From an uncultured Acidobacteriota bacterium (GTDB lineage: Bacteria; Acidobacteriota; JAQAZP01), in assembly GCA_963836075.1 (NCBI GenBank), contig CAWIIB010000001.1, positions 1,152,001 through 1,216,000 of the forward strand: a stretch of 64,000 bases of DNA, read 5' to 3'. Every line of letters begins with the position of its first letter. The stretch's first letter is position 1. The notes beneath the pieces were generated by a model, which was not told where the DNA came from, made no database searches, and saw only the letters and a program-made list of their open reading frames with translations. The translations under genes and the position numbers were made by a program. Below, piece after piece: positions 38,900-47,204 of the stretch.

Positions 38900-39463
38900 A
38901 TGGTAAAACCACCCTTCGGCACAGCAGAAGAGAAAAAATGGCAGGTCATGGATCAGAAGGCGGTCACCCGAAACCCGTGGTACAGAGTGCTGGAGAGCCG
39001 GGTGCAGATGCCCGATGGCCGCACAACCACCTACCACATCCTCGACTTTCTCAAGTCAGCGGTGGGTGTGGTGGCCCGCCGCGACAACGAGATTCTGCTC
39101 ATCCGCCAATACCGCTTCATCATCGACCAGTTCGTCTGGGCCATCCCCTCCGGCGGCAGTGAGGGGAATGAGGACCCCCGGGTGGCCGCCGAACGGGAAC
39201 TGGAGGAGGAAACCGGATACCGGGCAGAGCAATTGACGAGGATCCACAGCTACTTCCCCTCGTATGGCTGCGGGAACCAGGTGTTTCACCTGTTCCTGGC
39301 CGAGGGGATACACTCCTCGCCGCAACGGTTCGACCGCAACGAGGTGCTGGAGGTGCGCTGGTTCCCGATCCGGGAAATCAAAGAGATGATCCTCGCCGGA
39401 CATATGGTGGACGGGCTTTCCCTCACTCCGCTGCTCTTCCTCTTCGCCCGTGAGGGTTGGTAG
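38900..39463 (+). CDS. Nudix hydrolase (ADP-ribose/NDP-sugar pyrophosphatase-like)
   Basis: GGSEGNEDPRVAAERELEEETG; RQYR. Confidence 0.9.
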   Translation: MVKPPFGTAEEKKWQVMDQKAVTRNPWYRVLESRVQMPDGRTTTYHILDFLKSAVGVVARRDNEILLIRQYRFIIDQFVWAIPSGGSEGNEDPRVAAERELEEETGYRAEQLTRIHSYFPSYGCGNQVFHLFLAEGIHSSPQRFDRNEVLEVRWFPIREIKEMILAGHMVDGLSLTPLLFLFAREGW

Positions 39464-39491
39464 CCGGGCTGAGGGTCCTGCTCAGCCCGGC
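39463..39491. terminator. hairpin at the junction of the two convergent operons
   Basis: GCCGGGCTGAG-N7-CTCAGCCCGGC overlapping both Nudix stop codons. Confidence 0.55.
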
Positions 39492-39955
39492 AGCCAGCCC
39501 TTGTCCAGAACATCCCGCAGCGCACTGCCGGTCAGGGGGTTGAGCCGCTCGAGCCGCAGGGCCTCTTCGTAGCGCACCCAACGGTTGACCCTTCCTTCAC
39601 GCTGGACCATCTCCCCATCCCACGACTCGACGATGTAAACGAAGTGGCGGTAAAAGATTCCGCTCACCGGTTCCAGGTCATCCTGGACGGCAGCGAGGAA
39701 GAACCTCCGGGGGATGATGGACAGCTCTTCCTCCATTTCCCGCAGCAGGGCGAGCTCCGGCGTCTCCCCATGCTCCACGTGGCCCCCGGGAAAATCCCAG
39801 ACGCCGGCATAGACCCTGGCGTCGTCGGGCCGCCGCTCCAGCAGCAGTTTCCCCTGCCGGGTCAGCAGCGCCCCGGCCGTGCAGCGCTGCGGCACGTGCC
39901 CGTCAACCGGTCGGATTTCAGCAGGACGATAGGTGCGGGGGCCATGATCGTTCAT
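39482..39955 (-). CDS. Nudix hydrolase (MutT-like)
   Basis: WDFPGGHVEHGETPELALLREMEEEL. Confidence 0.9.
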   Translation of the reverse strand: MNDHGPRTYRPAEIRPVDGHVPQRCTAGALLTRQGKLLLERRPDDARVYAGVWDFPGGHVEHGETPELALLREMEEELSIIPRRFFLAAVQDDLEPVSGIFYRHFVYIVESWDGEMVQREGRVNRWVRYEEALRLERLNPLTGSALRDVLDKGWLPG

Positions 39956-39959
39956 CGGG

Positions 39960-40478
39960 TCAACCTGTCTCCTCGATATGTATCCACCTGTTTCTCCGCG
40001 CGGCGGCGTCCATGGCATCGAGATAGGCCCGGGGTTCAAAACCCACGCCGCCGAGCACTCTCCGGGCCTCGTTCACCAGGACGATCTCCGGCCGGCGGGC
40101 ATAGAACGTCCTTTCGGCGGGGGGAAAGAGTGCCATGATCTCCCGGGCGCCGTGGACCGCCAGGCCCGACGCCGCAAAAAGAGACGCCGGCCAGAAGGGC
40201 AGGACGATGACCTTCACCATCCCCGCCCCGTGACAGTGGGCCTGTTCACGCATCCGCTCCAGCAGCTCGTAGGTGTAGAGATGAAGAAAGACCTCGTCAG
40301 GTACGCGGCAACCCGCCGGACCGCCGGGCCCCGACTCCGCCAGGCGGCGGAGAGCCACGCAATACTCGCCGGTATCCGGCATCAGTGGCGCTCGCCGGTC
40401 ATCAACGCCGGGAAGCTCCGCCACCAGGCCGCCGCCGAAACCGGCATCGATCAACCGGATAAACCCGTTTGCGTTCAT
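39960..40478 (-). CDS. degenerate NMP-kinase-like protein (putative pseudokinase)
   Basis: AREIMALFPPAERTFY and ARRN match the adjacent kinase domain; no GxxGxGK. Confidence 0.55.
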   Translation of the reverse strand: MNANGFIRLIDAGFGGGLVAELPGVDDRRAPLMPDTGEYCVALRRLAESGPGGPAGCRVPDEVFLHLYTYELLERMREQAHCHGAGMVKVIVLPFWPASLFAASGLAVHGAREIMALFPPAERTFYARRPEIVLVNEARRVLGGVGFEPRAYLDAMDAAARRNRWIHIEETG

Positions 40479-40491
40479 TCGACCTGGTCTT

Positions 40492-41805
40492 TCATGGTGT
40501 CCCGCTCCGCAAATCCACCAGCCGGGCCGCATCCTCGATGATAATCCGCGAATTCTCCTCGAAGCTCTTCCGGCCATCCAGGACGAGGAAACCGTTCCGT
40601 CGGGCCAGGTCGAGAAAGGCGTGCCGGTATCGAGACAGCATATACGGGTTCTCGTCCACCGTTTTTTGATCCCGGGTCCCGATCCGGCGCAGAGCCTCCC
40701 CGGCCGGCAGATCCAGCAGGTAGATCCGGTGGGCTGGAGGAAACACCGCCAGCAGCTCCCTGGTGAAGGGATCGTGGTGGTAACGGCCCATACCGGCGGC
40801 ATGGTGGGTGAAGACATACCTGTCGAAAATCACCGCATCACAGGCGCCCAGCTGCTCCTCCACCGTGGAGTAATAGTATTTGACCGAATCGAAAGCCTTG
40901 GCCAAGCGCTGTATTCGCCATAGATGCAGGTTGCGTCCGCCGGCGCACTGCCGCGTCAGTTCGGTCACGGTGTCGTGGAACAGACCGTGACGGTAGATCT
41001 TCTGTACCGAGGTGCGGAACCCCCGCCCGGTGAGATATGTTTCCAGGGCTGCCACGTGGCTCGACTTCCCCGAACCGTCGATGCCGCACACGCCGATGAT
41101 CAGCGGCGTGTGCTCCGCACTGCGGCGGCCCGGCACCTCCGGTGTTCCGGGTTCAGCGGTTGGCGCTTGCACCTCGAAGCGGTCCATCAGGCATTCCTCG
41201 TGCAGATCGATGCCGGCCAGCGCATAGTTTTCCAGGGCCATGAAGAGAGGCATCCGGTCGGGATAGAGCAGCCCGACCAGTTGCCGGTACAGCTCCCGCA
41301 GCGTCGGGGGATACGAATCGCCGGGAAGTATGCCCCACCATGAGGGGAGAAGACGTGTCTCCACGGGGCCCGGCAGAGCCTGCGGATCAGCATCCTCCAC
41401 ACGCTCTGCGGACCCGGCCGGCGGCGCCGTCACGAAATAGGGGATGATGCCGCAGAGGCGGAACAGCATGTTGGGCCCCGAGAGCGCTTGCAGCGCCATG
41501 TTCAGCCGCTGTTCCAGCCCGCGACCCGGATGGAGCGGCAGCAGCGGCTGGGCAGCGGGGTCCTGGGCGCGGTCCAGCAGCCGGGAAGGGGCTTCCGGAC
41601 TGCTGAGGCTGTGGCTTTCGAACTGCCAGGCGCCGGAGGAGTCTTGCGTGACCAGCACTACCTCCCCCGACCCGGCCCGGCCGGCGGCCTCGGTGAGCAG
41701 GGATTCCAGCGGCCGAGACGAAAACCGGGCCAGTTCTGGAAACAGCCAGGCCAGTGGCCCCGGAGACGCTGTGCTGAATGTGGCGCTACCTGTTTGTTGT
41801 GTCAT
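40492..41805 (-). CDS. unknown N-terminal domain + thymidylate-kinase-like P-loop domain
   Basis: GIDGSGKSS, VIFDRY, LLDLP..ALRRI. Confidence 0.8.
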   Translation of the reverse strand: MTQQTGSATFSTASPGPLAWLFPELARFSSRPLESLLTEAAGRAGSGEVVLVTQDSSGAWQFESHSLSSPEAPSRLLDRAQDPAAQPLLPLHPGRGLEQRLNMALQALSGPNMLFRLCGIIPYFVTAPPAGSAERVEDADPQALPGPVETRLLPSWWGILPGDSYPPTLRELYRQLVGLLYPDRMPLFMALENYALAGIDLHEECLMDRFEVQAPTAEPGTPEVPGRRSAEHTPLIIGVCGIDGSGKSSHVAALETYLTGRGFRTSVQKIYRHGLFHDTVTELTRQCAGGRNLHLWRIQRLAKAFDSVKYYYSTVEEQLGACDAVIFDRYVFTHHAAGMGRYHHDPFTRELLAVFPPAHRIYLLDLPAGEALRRIGTRDQKTVDENPYMLSRYRHAFLDLARRNGFLVLDGRKSFEENSRIIIEDAARLVDLRSGTP

Positions 41806-42809
41806 GGGACGATGTTTTCGATCAGTTGGGCGTTGCGGTCAGCAAGGCTGTTGCCGGCATACATTTCTTCCAACGGGTCGGTACCGATTTCATACAGTCC
41901 GATCACCGTGTGCAGCAGGCTTAGCCACCGGGGCAGGCAACCGCGAACCAGTTCGAGCAGCGCCTCCCTCAGGGGCGGGTGGTGGATGCCGTAGCGGGCC
42001 GCCCAGGCCGGCCCGTGCGGTCCAGTCTCCAACAGGGGGCCTGGGTCCGCGCAGACCAGGCGGCACCGGTGGGGACCGGCCCGCTCGATGAAAGCCATGG
42101 AACAGCGCAGCCAGTCCTTGTGGAGGCTCTCCACTCCCTGTTCACCGGCGGGCAGAGTGAGACCGTAGATCACCGTCCCGTCATCGCCGGCCAGACCGTC
42201 CGTCTCCGGCTCGGAATCCGCAGCCCCGGGCTGGAACACCTCGATACGCCCGACCCAGGGGGGAACCGACCCGGCGCGCCCCCGGGACCGGCGCCGAAAA
42301 CCGCGACCCACTGCTTCAAAGGTCACGCCCAGGTCCGGTGGCCGCTCCCCGGCGTCAGCGATCAGCAGCACCGGAAAGGGGTGTTGAACTGCCGGGTCCG
42401 GCCCCGGAAGGAGTTCTGCGGGCCGCGGCAGTTTCTCCACGGCCCGCCGCAATTGAGGGATGATGTCCGATCCATCCGCGCTGGAGAGAAGCGGGGCCGG
42501 GCAGTTGATGCCGGACCGGACCAGGGCGCAGCGGAGGATGTCCGCCCCGGTGCGGTCGTGATCTCCTCCGACCACCAGGGCCCGGGCAACACCTTCGCCG
42601 GCCAGCAGTGATGCGCTCTGCCCTGCCGTAGACCCCGAAGATCCGAGGTCCAGCTGAACCGGATACCCCCGGCGGCGCCACCGGGCCACGGCCGACGCCA
42701 GGCGGGACGCCAGGCGGGCCCGCCCCAGGTCGGGGAGGAACAGGCCGCCCAGATAGTCGAACTCGGGAGGCATGATCACCCGCAGTCTGCTGTCGCCCAG
42801 TTCGGCCAT
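41802..42809 (-). CDS. hypothetical protein (N-terminus reminiscent of B12-binding domains)
   Basis: In-operon ORF with ATGA coupling; RVIMPP...PDLGRARLASRL...GYPVQLD; no CxxxCxxC. Confidence 0.65.
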   Translation of the reverse strand: MAELGDSRLRVIMPPEFDYLGGLFLPDLGRARLASRLASAVARWRRRGYPVQLDLGSSGSTAGQSASLLAGEGVARALVVGGDHDRTGADILRCALVRSGINCPAPLLSSADGSDIIPQLRRAVEKLPRPAELLPGPDPAVQHPFPVLLIADAGERPPDLGVTFEAVGRGFRRRSRGRAGSVPPWVGRIEVFQPGAADSEPETDGLAGDDGTVIYGLTLPAGEQGVESLHKDWLRCSMAFIERAGPHRCRLVCADPGPLLETGPHGPAWAARYGIHHPPLREALLELVRGCLPRWLSLLHTVIGLYEIGTDPLEEMYAGNSLADRNAQLIENIVP

Positions 42810-42813
42810 GAGA

Positions 42814-43770
42814 TCACCACCACCGGGATTCCCGCCCGCCCTCCGGCAACAGCGGCCTGAGTTCGGACACCGCTTTCTTCAGCCCGTCCCGGGGACCGAA
42901 GACCGGGTCCTCGTTCTCCACCGCCAGGTAGCCGCCATACCCGCTGAGTTGGAGTTCACTGATCAGCCGCTTCCAGGGCACGTCCCCCCATCCCGGGATC
43001 CGGAACCGGAATCCGCGATCCGGGCGATCCCAGGCACCGCGGGCCAGCAGGCCCGAGCGAGCGGCGTTGTGGGGCACAACCTCACCGTCCTTGGCGTGGA
43101 CATGGAAGATTCGCCCTTCCAGTTCCCGGACAAAGAGCACCGGGTCCACTCCGGCCAGCAGCAGGTTGGCCGGGTCCAGATTGAAGCCCCACCGCTGGTG
43201 GCCGCCCAGAATGCTCACACTTTCCAGCGCGGTTTCGGTGTTGTAGACCATCTGTTTCGGATGGGGCTCCTGGGCAAAGCGCACACCCAGCGAATCGAAC
43301 TGCTCCAGCAGGCGGCCCACCCGCTCCTGGAAGACGGGAATCATTTTCTCCCACCCCTGCGGGTCGGGCCAGGGGTAGAACCGCGAGTAGTCCTCGCAAC
43401 CCAGGAAACCCACCACCAGCCCCACGTCGAGGTCCGCGGCCAGACGGGCCGTCTGGAGCAGCCGAGCCGCGGCATGGGCGATTTTTTCGGCGGGCGACCC
43501 GGGGTGGACGGCATCGGTATCCCGGTGGTGGGGCCCCAGCAGGAGCTGCCCCTCCTGGTGGTTGGAAATGGCCGAGATCTCCAGCCCGAAACCGGCAATG
43601 CGTTTCTTCAGTCCTGCAGCGCCGCCGGAGAGCAACGGTTCCAGATCGACCCATGGGCTGCGGCCGTCCACCGGCAGTTCAAGAGCGCTCACCCCCAGGT
43701 CGGCCATGAAACGGAGCCCCTCATCCAGGGTCATGGAATAGAGGGGTTGCGGGCACATGGACAGTTTCAT
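42814..43770 (-). CDS. xylose-isomerase-like TIM barrel (sugar phosphate isomerase/epimerase, IolE-like)
   Basis: EPHP, GFNLDPANL, FHVHAKD, FRIPGWGDVPW, VENED. Confidence 0.9.
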   Translation of the reverse strand: MKLSMCPQPLYSMTLDEGLRFMADLGVSALELPVDGRSPWVDLEPLLSGGAAGLKKRIAGFGLEISAISNHQEGQLLLGPHHRDTDAVHPGSPAEKIAHAAARLLQTARLAADLDVGLVVGFLGCEDYSRFYPWPDPQGWEKMIPVFQERVGRLLEQFDSLGVRFAQEPHPKQMVYNTETALESVSILGGHQRWGFNLDPANLLLAGVDPVLFVRELEGRIFHVHAKDGEVVPHNAARSGLLARGAWDRPDRGFRFRIPGWGDVPWKRLISELQLSGYGGYLAVENEDPVFGPRDGLKKAVSELRPLLPEGGRESRWW

Positions 43771-44789
43771 CACTTCACACCTCCCACCACTCCCGGCGTT
43801 GCACCGGGCGCTCGGATGAGGGACGGATAATCACACGCCGCGCAGGGGAATTCCCGAGGATGTTCGTCCTTCAGCAGGGCGCGCCGGATCTCCATCATAC
43901 GCGGACCGGTCCACAGATCCTCCAGGCTCGAACGGTTTACGTTCCCGATCACGGTGCTGCGCATCCAGTCGCAATTGCAGAGCACCATGTCACCGTTGTA
44001 CAGCACGTAAGCTTTGACGAACGGCCGCTGGCACACCCGGCGCGGCCCGGCCGCTTCCCCGGCAGTTGTCCAGCGGCTGGTCCTGATCAGTCCCGCACGG
44101 TTGGTCACCGGTTTCAGGAACACGTCAAATCCTGTCTCCTCACGGAAGCGATCACTGGCCTCCCGCACCCCGGGCAGGTCCAGACTGACCACCCTGATGC
44201 GCATCGTTCCCAGGTGCCCACAGCGAACCAGCCGTCCCACCCGGCGAAGATTTTCCATCACCCGGTGAAAGTCGACGCCCTGCATGACCCGGTCATGCTG
44301 CCGCCGGTCGAACCCGTTGATCGACACGTTGACCTCGTCCAGCCCGGCCTCGGCAAGCCCGCGGGCCCGCCGCTCCGACAGCAGAAGGCCGTTGGTGTAC
44401 AGCAGGGCCGCGGTGTCCGGGTCCCGGCCCTTGAGCTGGGCGGTGAAACGCTCGATCCGCCGGTCCAGCAACGGCTCGTTCATCAGGAAGAGACTGGTCC
44501 GTTCCACGCCCCGGCCCGCCATCTGGTCAACAATGGTGTCGAAAGTGTGGTCGGACATCTCACCCTGGGGCAACTGCCGGCGAACCGCGGGGTAGGGGCA
44601 GGTCAGACATTGGCCATTGCACCGGCTGGTGGTCTGGATCTGGATCTTGACGAAAAAGGGCAGAGCGTGCGCTTCGATATTGTCCACGGTCACGGCACCG
44701 CGACGGAGCTTGCAGACAAGTCCCCGCTCGCGTTGCCCTTCGGTGATCCTGTCAAAAACGGTGCTCATTTCAGTGTCCGCATCCACCAT
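43770..44789 (-). CDS. radical SAM protein with SPASM/twitch domain
   Basis: CNGQCLTC, NEPLL, TNG, CQRPF..GDMVLCNCD..IGNV..CAAC. Confidence 0.92.
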   Translation of the reverse strand: MVDADTEMSTVFDRITEGQRERGLVCKLRRGAVTVDNIEAHALPFFVKIQIQTTSRCNGQCLTCPYPAVRRQLPQGEMSDHTFDTIVDQMAGRGVERTSLFLMNEPLLDRRIERFTAQLKGRDPDTAALLYTNGLLLSERRARGLAEAGLDEVNVSINGFDRRQHDRVMQGVDFHRVMENLRRVGRLVRCGHLGTMRIRVVSLDLPGVREASDRFREETGFDVFLKPVTNRAGLIRTSRWTTAGEAAGPRRVCQRPFVKAYVLYNGDMVLCNCDWMRSTVIGNVNRSSLEDLWTGPRMMEIRRALLKDEHPREFPCAACDYPSLIRAPGATPGVVGGVK

Positions 44790-46054
44790 CAATCGGCCAC
44801 CTGCCGCAGGACCAGCGGCGTCATGGCCCGTGCGTTCTGTTCATCGATGCCCAGCGGGTGCGCGCGCAGTGCGGCGGTGATACTGACCGGGTGCCGATCC
44901 AGTGCCGCCTGCAGCGCAGCCGCCTCGTAGCGGGCCAGCTTTCCGAGCATCTGCAAAAAGGGATCGAGCCTTCCCCCGGACACGGGTTGCGGTCCGGTGA
45001 ATGGTATCATGCGCCCACCGGCCGGGCCGAGGATGGAGCGCTTTTCCACGATGGCCCCGGGGGGAAGACCCGGGATGTCCGACCCGTTGGCCTCGGAGAG
45101 GTAGAGGCACCGCTCCCCTCCCCCCAGCAGGGCGGAAATGGCTGGGACCAGAGCCAGTTCGAACCACCGCAGGTCACGCTGGTCCATGAAACCGGGCAGG
45201 CCGGGCTCTCCCGACCTGCCGTACCATTCGAAAAGCCTGGCGGAGAGTTCGCTCAGCGTCTCCCCCCGGCTCTGGCTTTTCCTGGCCAGCATCTGCGCCT
45301 CACGGGCCGTGTGGTAATAGAGGCGCATGTAAGGCAGCGGCAGGGCGTGGACCCGCTTCATCACCTGCGGGTCCACCCGAAAGAAGTCGTCCCCCGTACA
45401 GGATGTGATCCGGTCAAAGAGTTCGGGCAACAGGTCGCGACCCTGCCCGACCAGGCGCACGAACCACCCCTGGTGATTCAGGCCCAGATAGTCCGCGTCC
45501 AGCTGGTCCGTCCGCAATCCGATCAACCGGGCGGCCCTGTGCAATACGCAGCCCGGGAGCTCGCAGATTCCGAAAGACCGCAGTTCCGGCACGCGTTTCA
45601 GGGCGGCCAGCAGAATTCCCACGGGATTGGTCATGTTGATGAACCAGGCCCCGGGAGCTACCCGAGCCGCCTGTCTCGCCGCCTCCAGCACCACCGGTAC
45701 ACCGCGCACCGCCGAAGCCAGCCCGCCGGGGCCGATGGTTTCATCCCCCGGCAGACCGTAAGCAAGGGGAAACCGTTCGTCGTGGCTGCGGCCTGGCCAA
45801 CCGCCGATGCGCATCTGGTTGATGATGATCGCGGCACCCTCGGCCGCGGCACTGATGGAGGTGACGGCCGAGTAGTGCTGCGGCTGGTGGCGTCCAGCGG
45901 CCTGGCGGTTACAGACCCGGGTCACGGCAGCCAGCCGCTCCGCGTTCCGGCCGTGAAGCCGCACCTCCAGCGGGGGCAGTCTGTCCGCGGCGTCGGCCAG
46001 CGCTCTGGCCAGGGCGGGCGTGAAGGCGCTGGATCCGCCAAGCACAGCCACCAC
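44789..46054 (-). CDS. family 4 glycoside hydrolase (6-phospho-beta-glucosidase-like, NAD+/Mn2+)
   Basis: LGGSSAFTP, QMRIGG..RSHDERFPL, ETIGPGG, NMTNP, GICELP, GLNHQGW; start uncertain. Confidence 0.88.
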   Translation of the reverse strand: MVAVLGGSSAFTPALARALADAADRLPPLEVRLHGRNAERLAAVTRVCNRQAAGRHQPQHYSAVTSISAAAEGAAIIINQMRIGGWPGRSHDERFPLAYGLPGDETIGPGGLASAVRGVPVVLEAARQAARVAPGAWFINMTNPVGILLAALKRVPELRSFGICELPGCVLHRAARLIGLRTDQLDADYLGLNHQGWFVRLVGQGRDLLPELFDRITSCTGDDFFRVDPQVMKRVHALPLPYMRLYYHTAREAQMLARKSQSRGETLSELSARLFEWYGRSGEPGLPGFMDQRDLRWFELALVPAISALLGGGERCLYLSEANGSDIPGLPPGAIVEKRSILGPAGGRMIPFTGPQPVSGGRLDPFLQMLGKLARYEAAALQAALDRHPVSITAALRAHPLGIDEQNARAMTPLVLRQVAD

Positions 46055-46073
46055 GGCCCCGCCCGGCGTTGTC

Positions 46074-47198
46074 TCACTCCCCGAAAAAAAGTCTGACCTG
46101 CTCGCAGACATACTCCACCTGGGTGTTGGTGATCTCCGGCGCAACGGGAAGCGACAGGACCGTGCGGCAGCACTCCTCGGTGATCGGGAAGTCGCCCTCC
46201 CGGTATCCAAGGTCCAGATCCAGTTGCTGCAGATGAGGCGGAATGGGGTAGTGCAGTCCGGCGTTGATTCCCGCGGATTTGAGGTGACTGCGCAGTTCAT
46301 CGCGCCGGGCCGAGCGGACGACGTAGAGGTGATAGACATGACTGAGATCACCCGGGTCGTGGGGCAACCGGAGGTCGCCCACTCCCGCCAGCAGTTCCCG
46401 GTACAGAGCGGCGATCTCCCGCCGGCGGCGGTTCCACCCGTCCAGGCGTCTCAGCTTGTGCCGCAGGATCACCGCCTGGATCGTGTCCAGCTTGGTGTTG
46501 GGCGCCGCGCAGCCGACATCGTACTTGGTTGTCTTGCCCAGATTACGCATCACCCGGAGCATCTCCGCCAATCGGGTGTCCGAGGTGGTAATCATCCCCC
46601 CGTCGCCAAAGGCGCCAAGGTTTTTGCTGGGGTGGAAACTGAAGCACCCCATGGCACCGTATGCGCCCACCGCGCGGCCATCCCCGCCGACGGCCCCGTG
46701 GGCCTGGGCCGCATCTTCAACCACCGCCACCTGCCGGCCCTGACAGAGGGCACAGATATCCTCCAGGGGAGCCACCGCGCCATAGAGGTGAACCGGTATC
46801 ACCGCGGCCGTCCTGCGGGTCAGGCCCTGCTCCAGACCCCGGGCCGTGATATTCATCGTCTCAGGATCAGGCTCCACCAGAACCGGCCTGGCTCCAGCCA
46901 TGATGATGGCACTCACCGTGGCGATGAAGGTGTTGGCCGCGGTGACCACCTCGTCCCCGGGCCCGATCCCCAGGGCCCGCAAGGCGAGGAGCAACGCGTC
47001 GGTCCCCGAATTGAGGCCGACGGCCTGGCTGGTGCCGGCCAGCGCGGCGAACTCCTGTTCAAAGGTTTCCACCGGTTTCCCGAGAACGGGATTCTCCTCC
47101 AGTAGAGCCCGCCGGAGCGCGGGGAGGAGCTCCGGGAGCAGTTCGCGGTACTGCAGGGCATAATCCTTGGAGGGGACCTTGTATTTTTTGCCGTCCAT
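46074..47198 (-). CDS. DegT/DnrJ/EryC1/StrS PLP aminotransferase
   Basis: NSGTDAL, PVHLYG, EDAAQAHG, SFHPSKNLGAFGDGG. Confidence 0.95.
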   Translation of the reverse strand: MDGKKYKVPSKDYALQYRELLPELLPALRRALLEENPVLGKPVETFEQEFAALAGTSQAVGLNSGTDALLLALRALGIGPGDEVVTAANTFIATVSAIIMAGARPVLVEPDPETMNITARGLEQGLTRRTAAVIPVHLYGAVAPLEDICALCQGRQVAVVEDAAQAHGAVGGDGRAVGAYGAMGCFSFHPSKNLGAFGDGGMITTSDTRLAEMLRVMRNLGKTTKYDVGCAAPNTKLDTIQAVILRHKLRRLDGWNRRRREIAALYRELLAGVGDLRLPHDPGDLSHVYHLYVVRSARRDELRSHLKSAGINAGLHYPIPPHLQQLDLDLGYREGDFPITEECCRTVLSLPVAPEITNTQVEYVCEQVRLFFGE

Positions 47199-47204
47199 CA
47201 GCGT

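Noticed and set aside
40492-41130. Housekeeping tmk
   Set aside because: It is fused to an unknown domain, divergent and inside an accessory operon.
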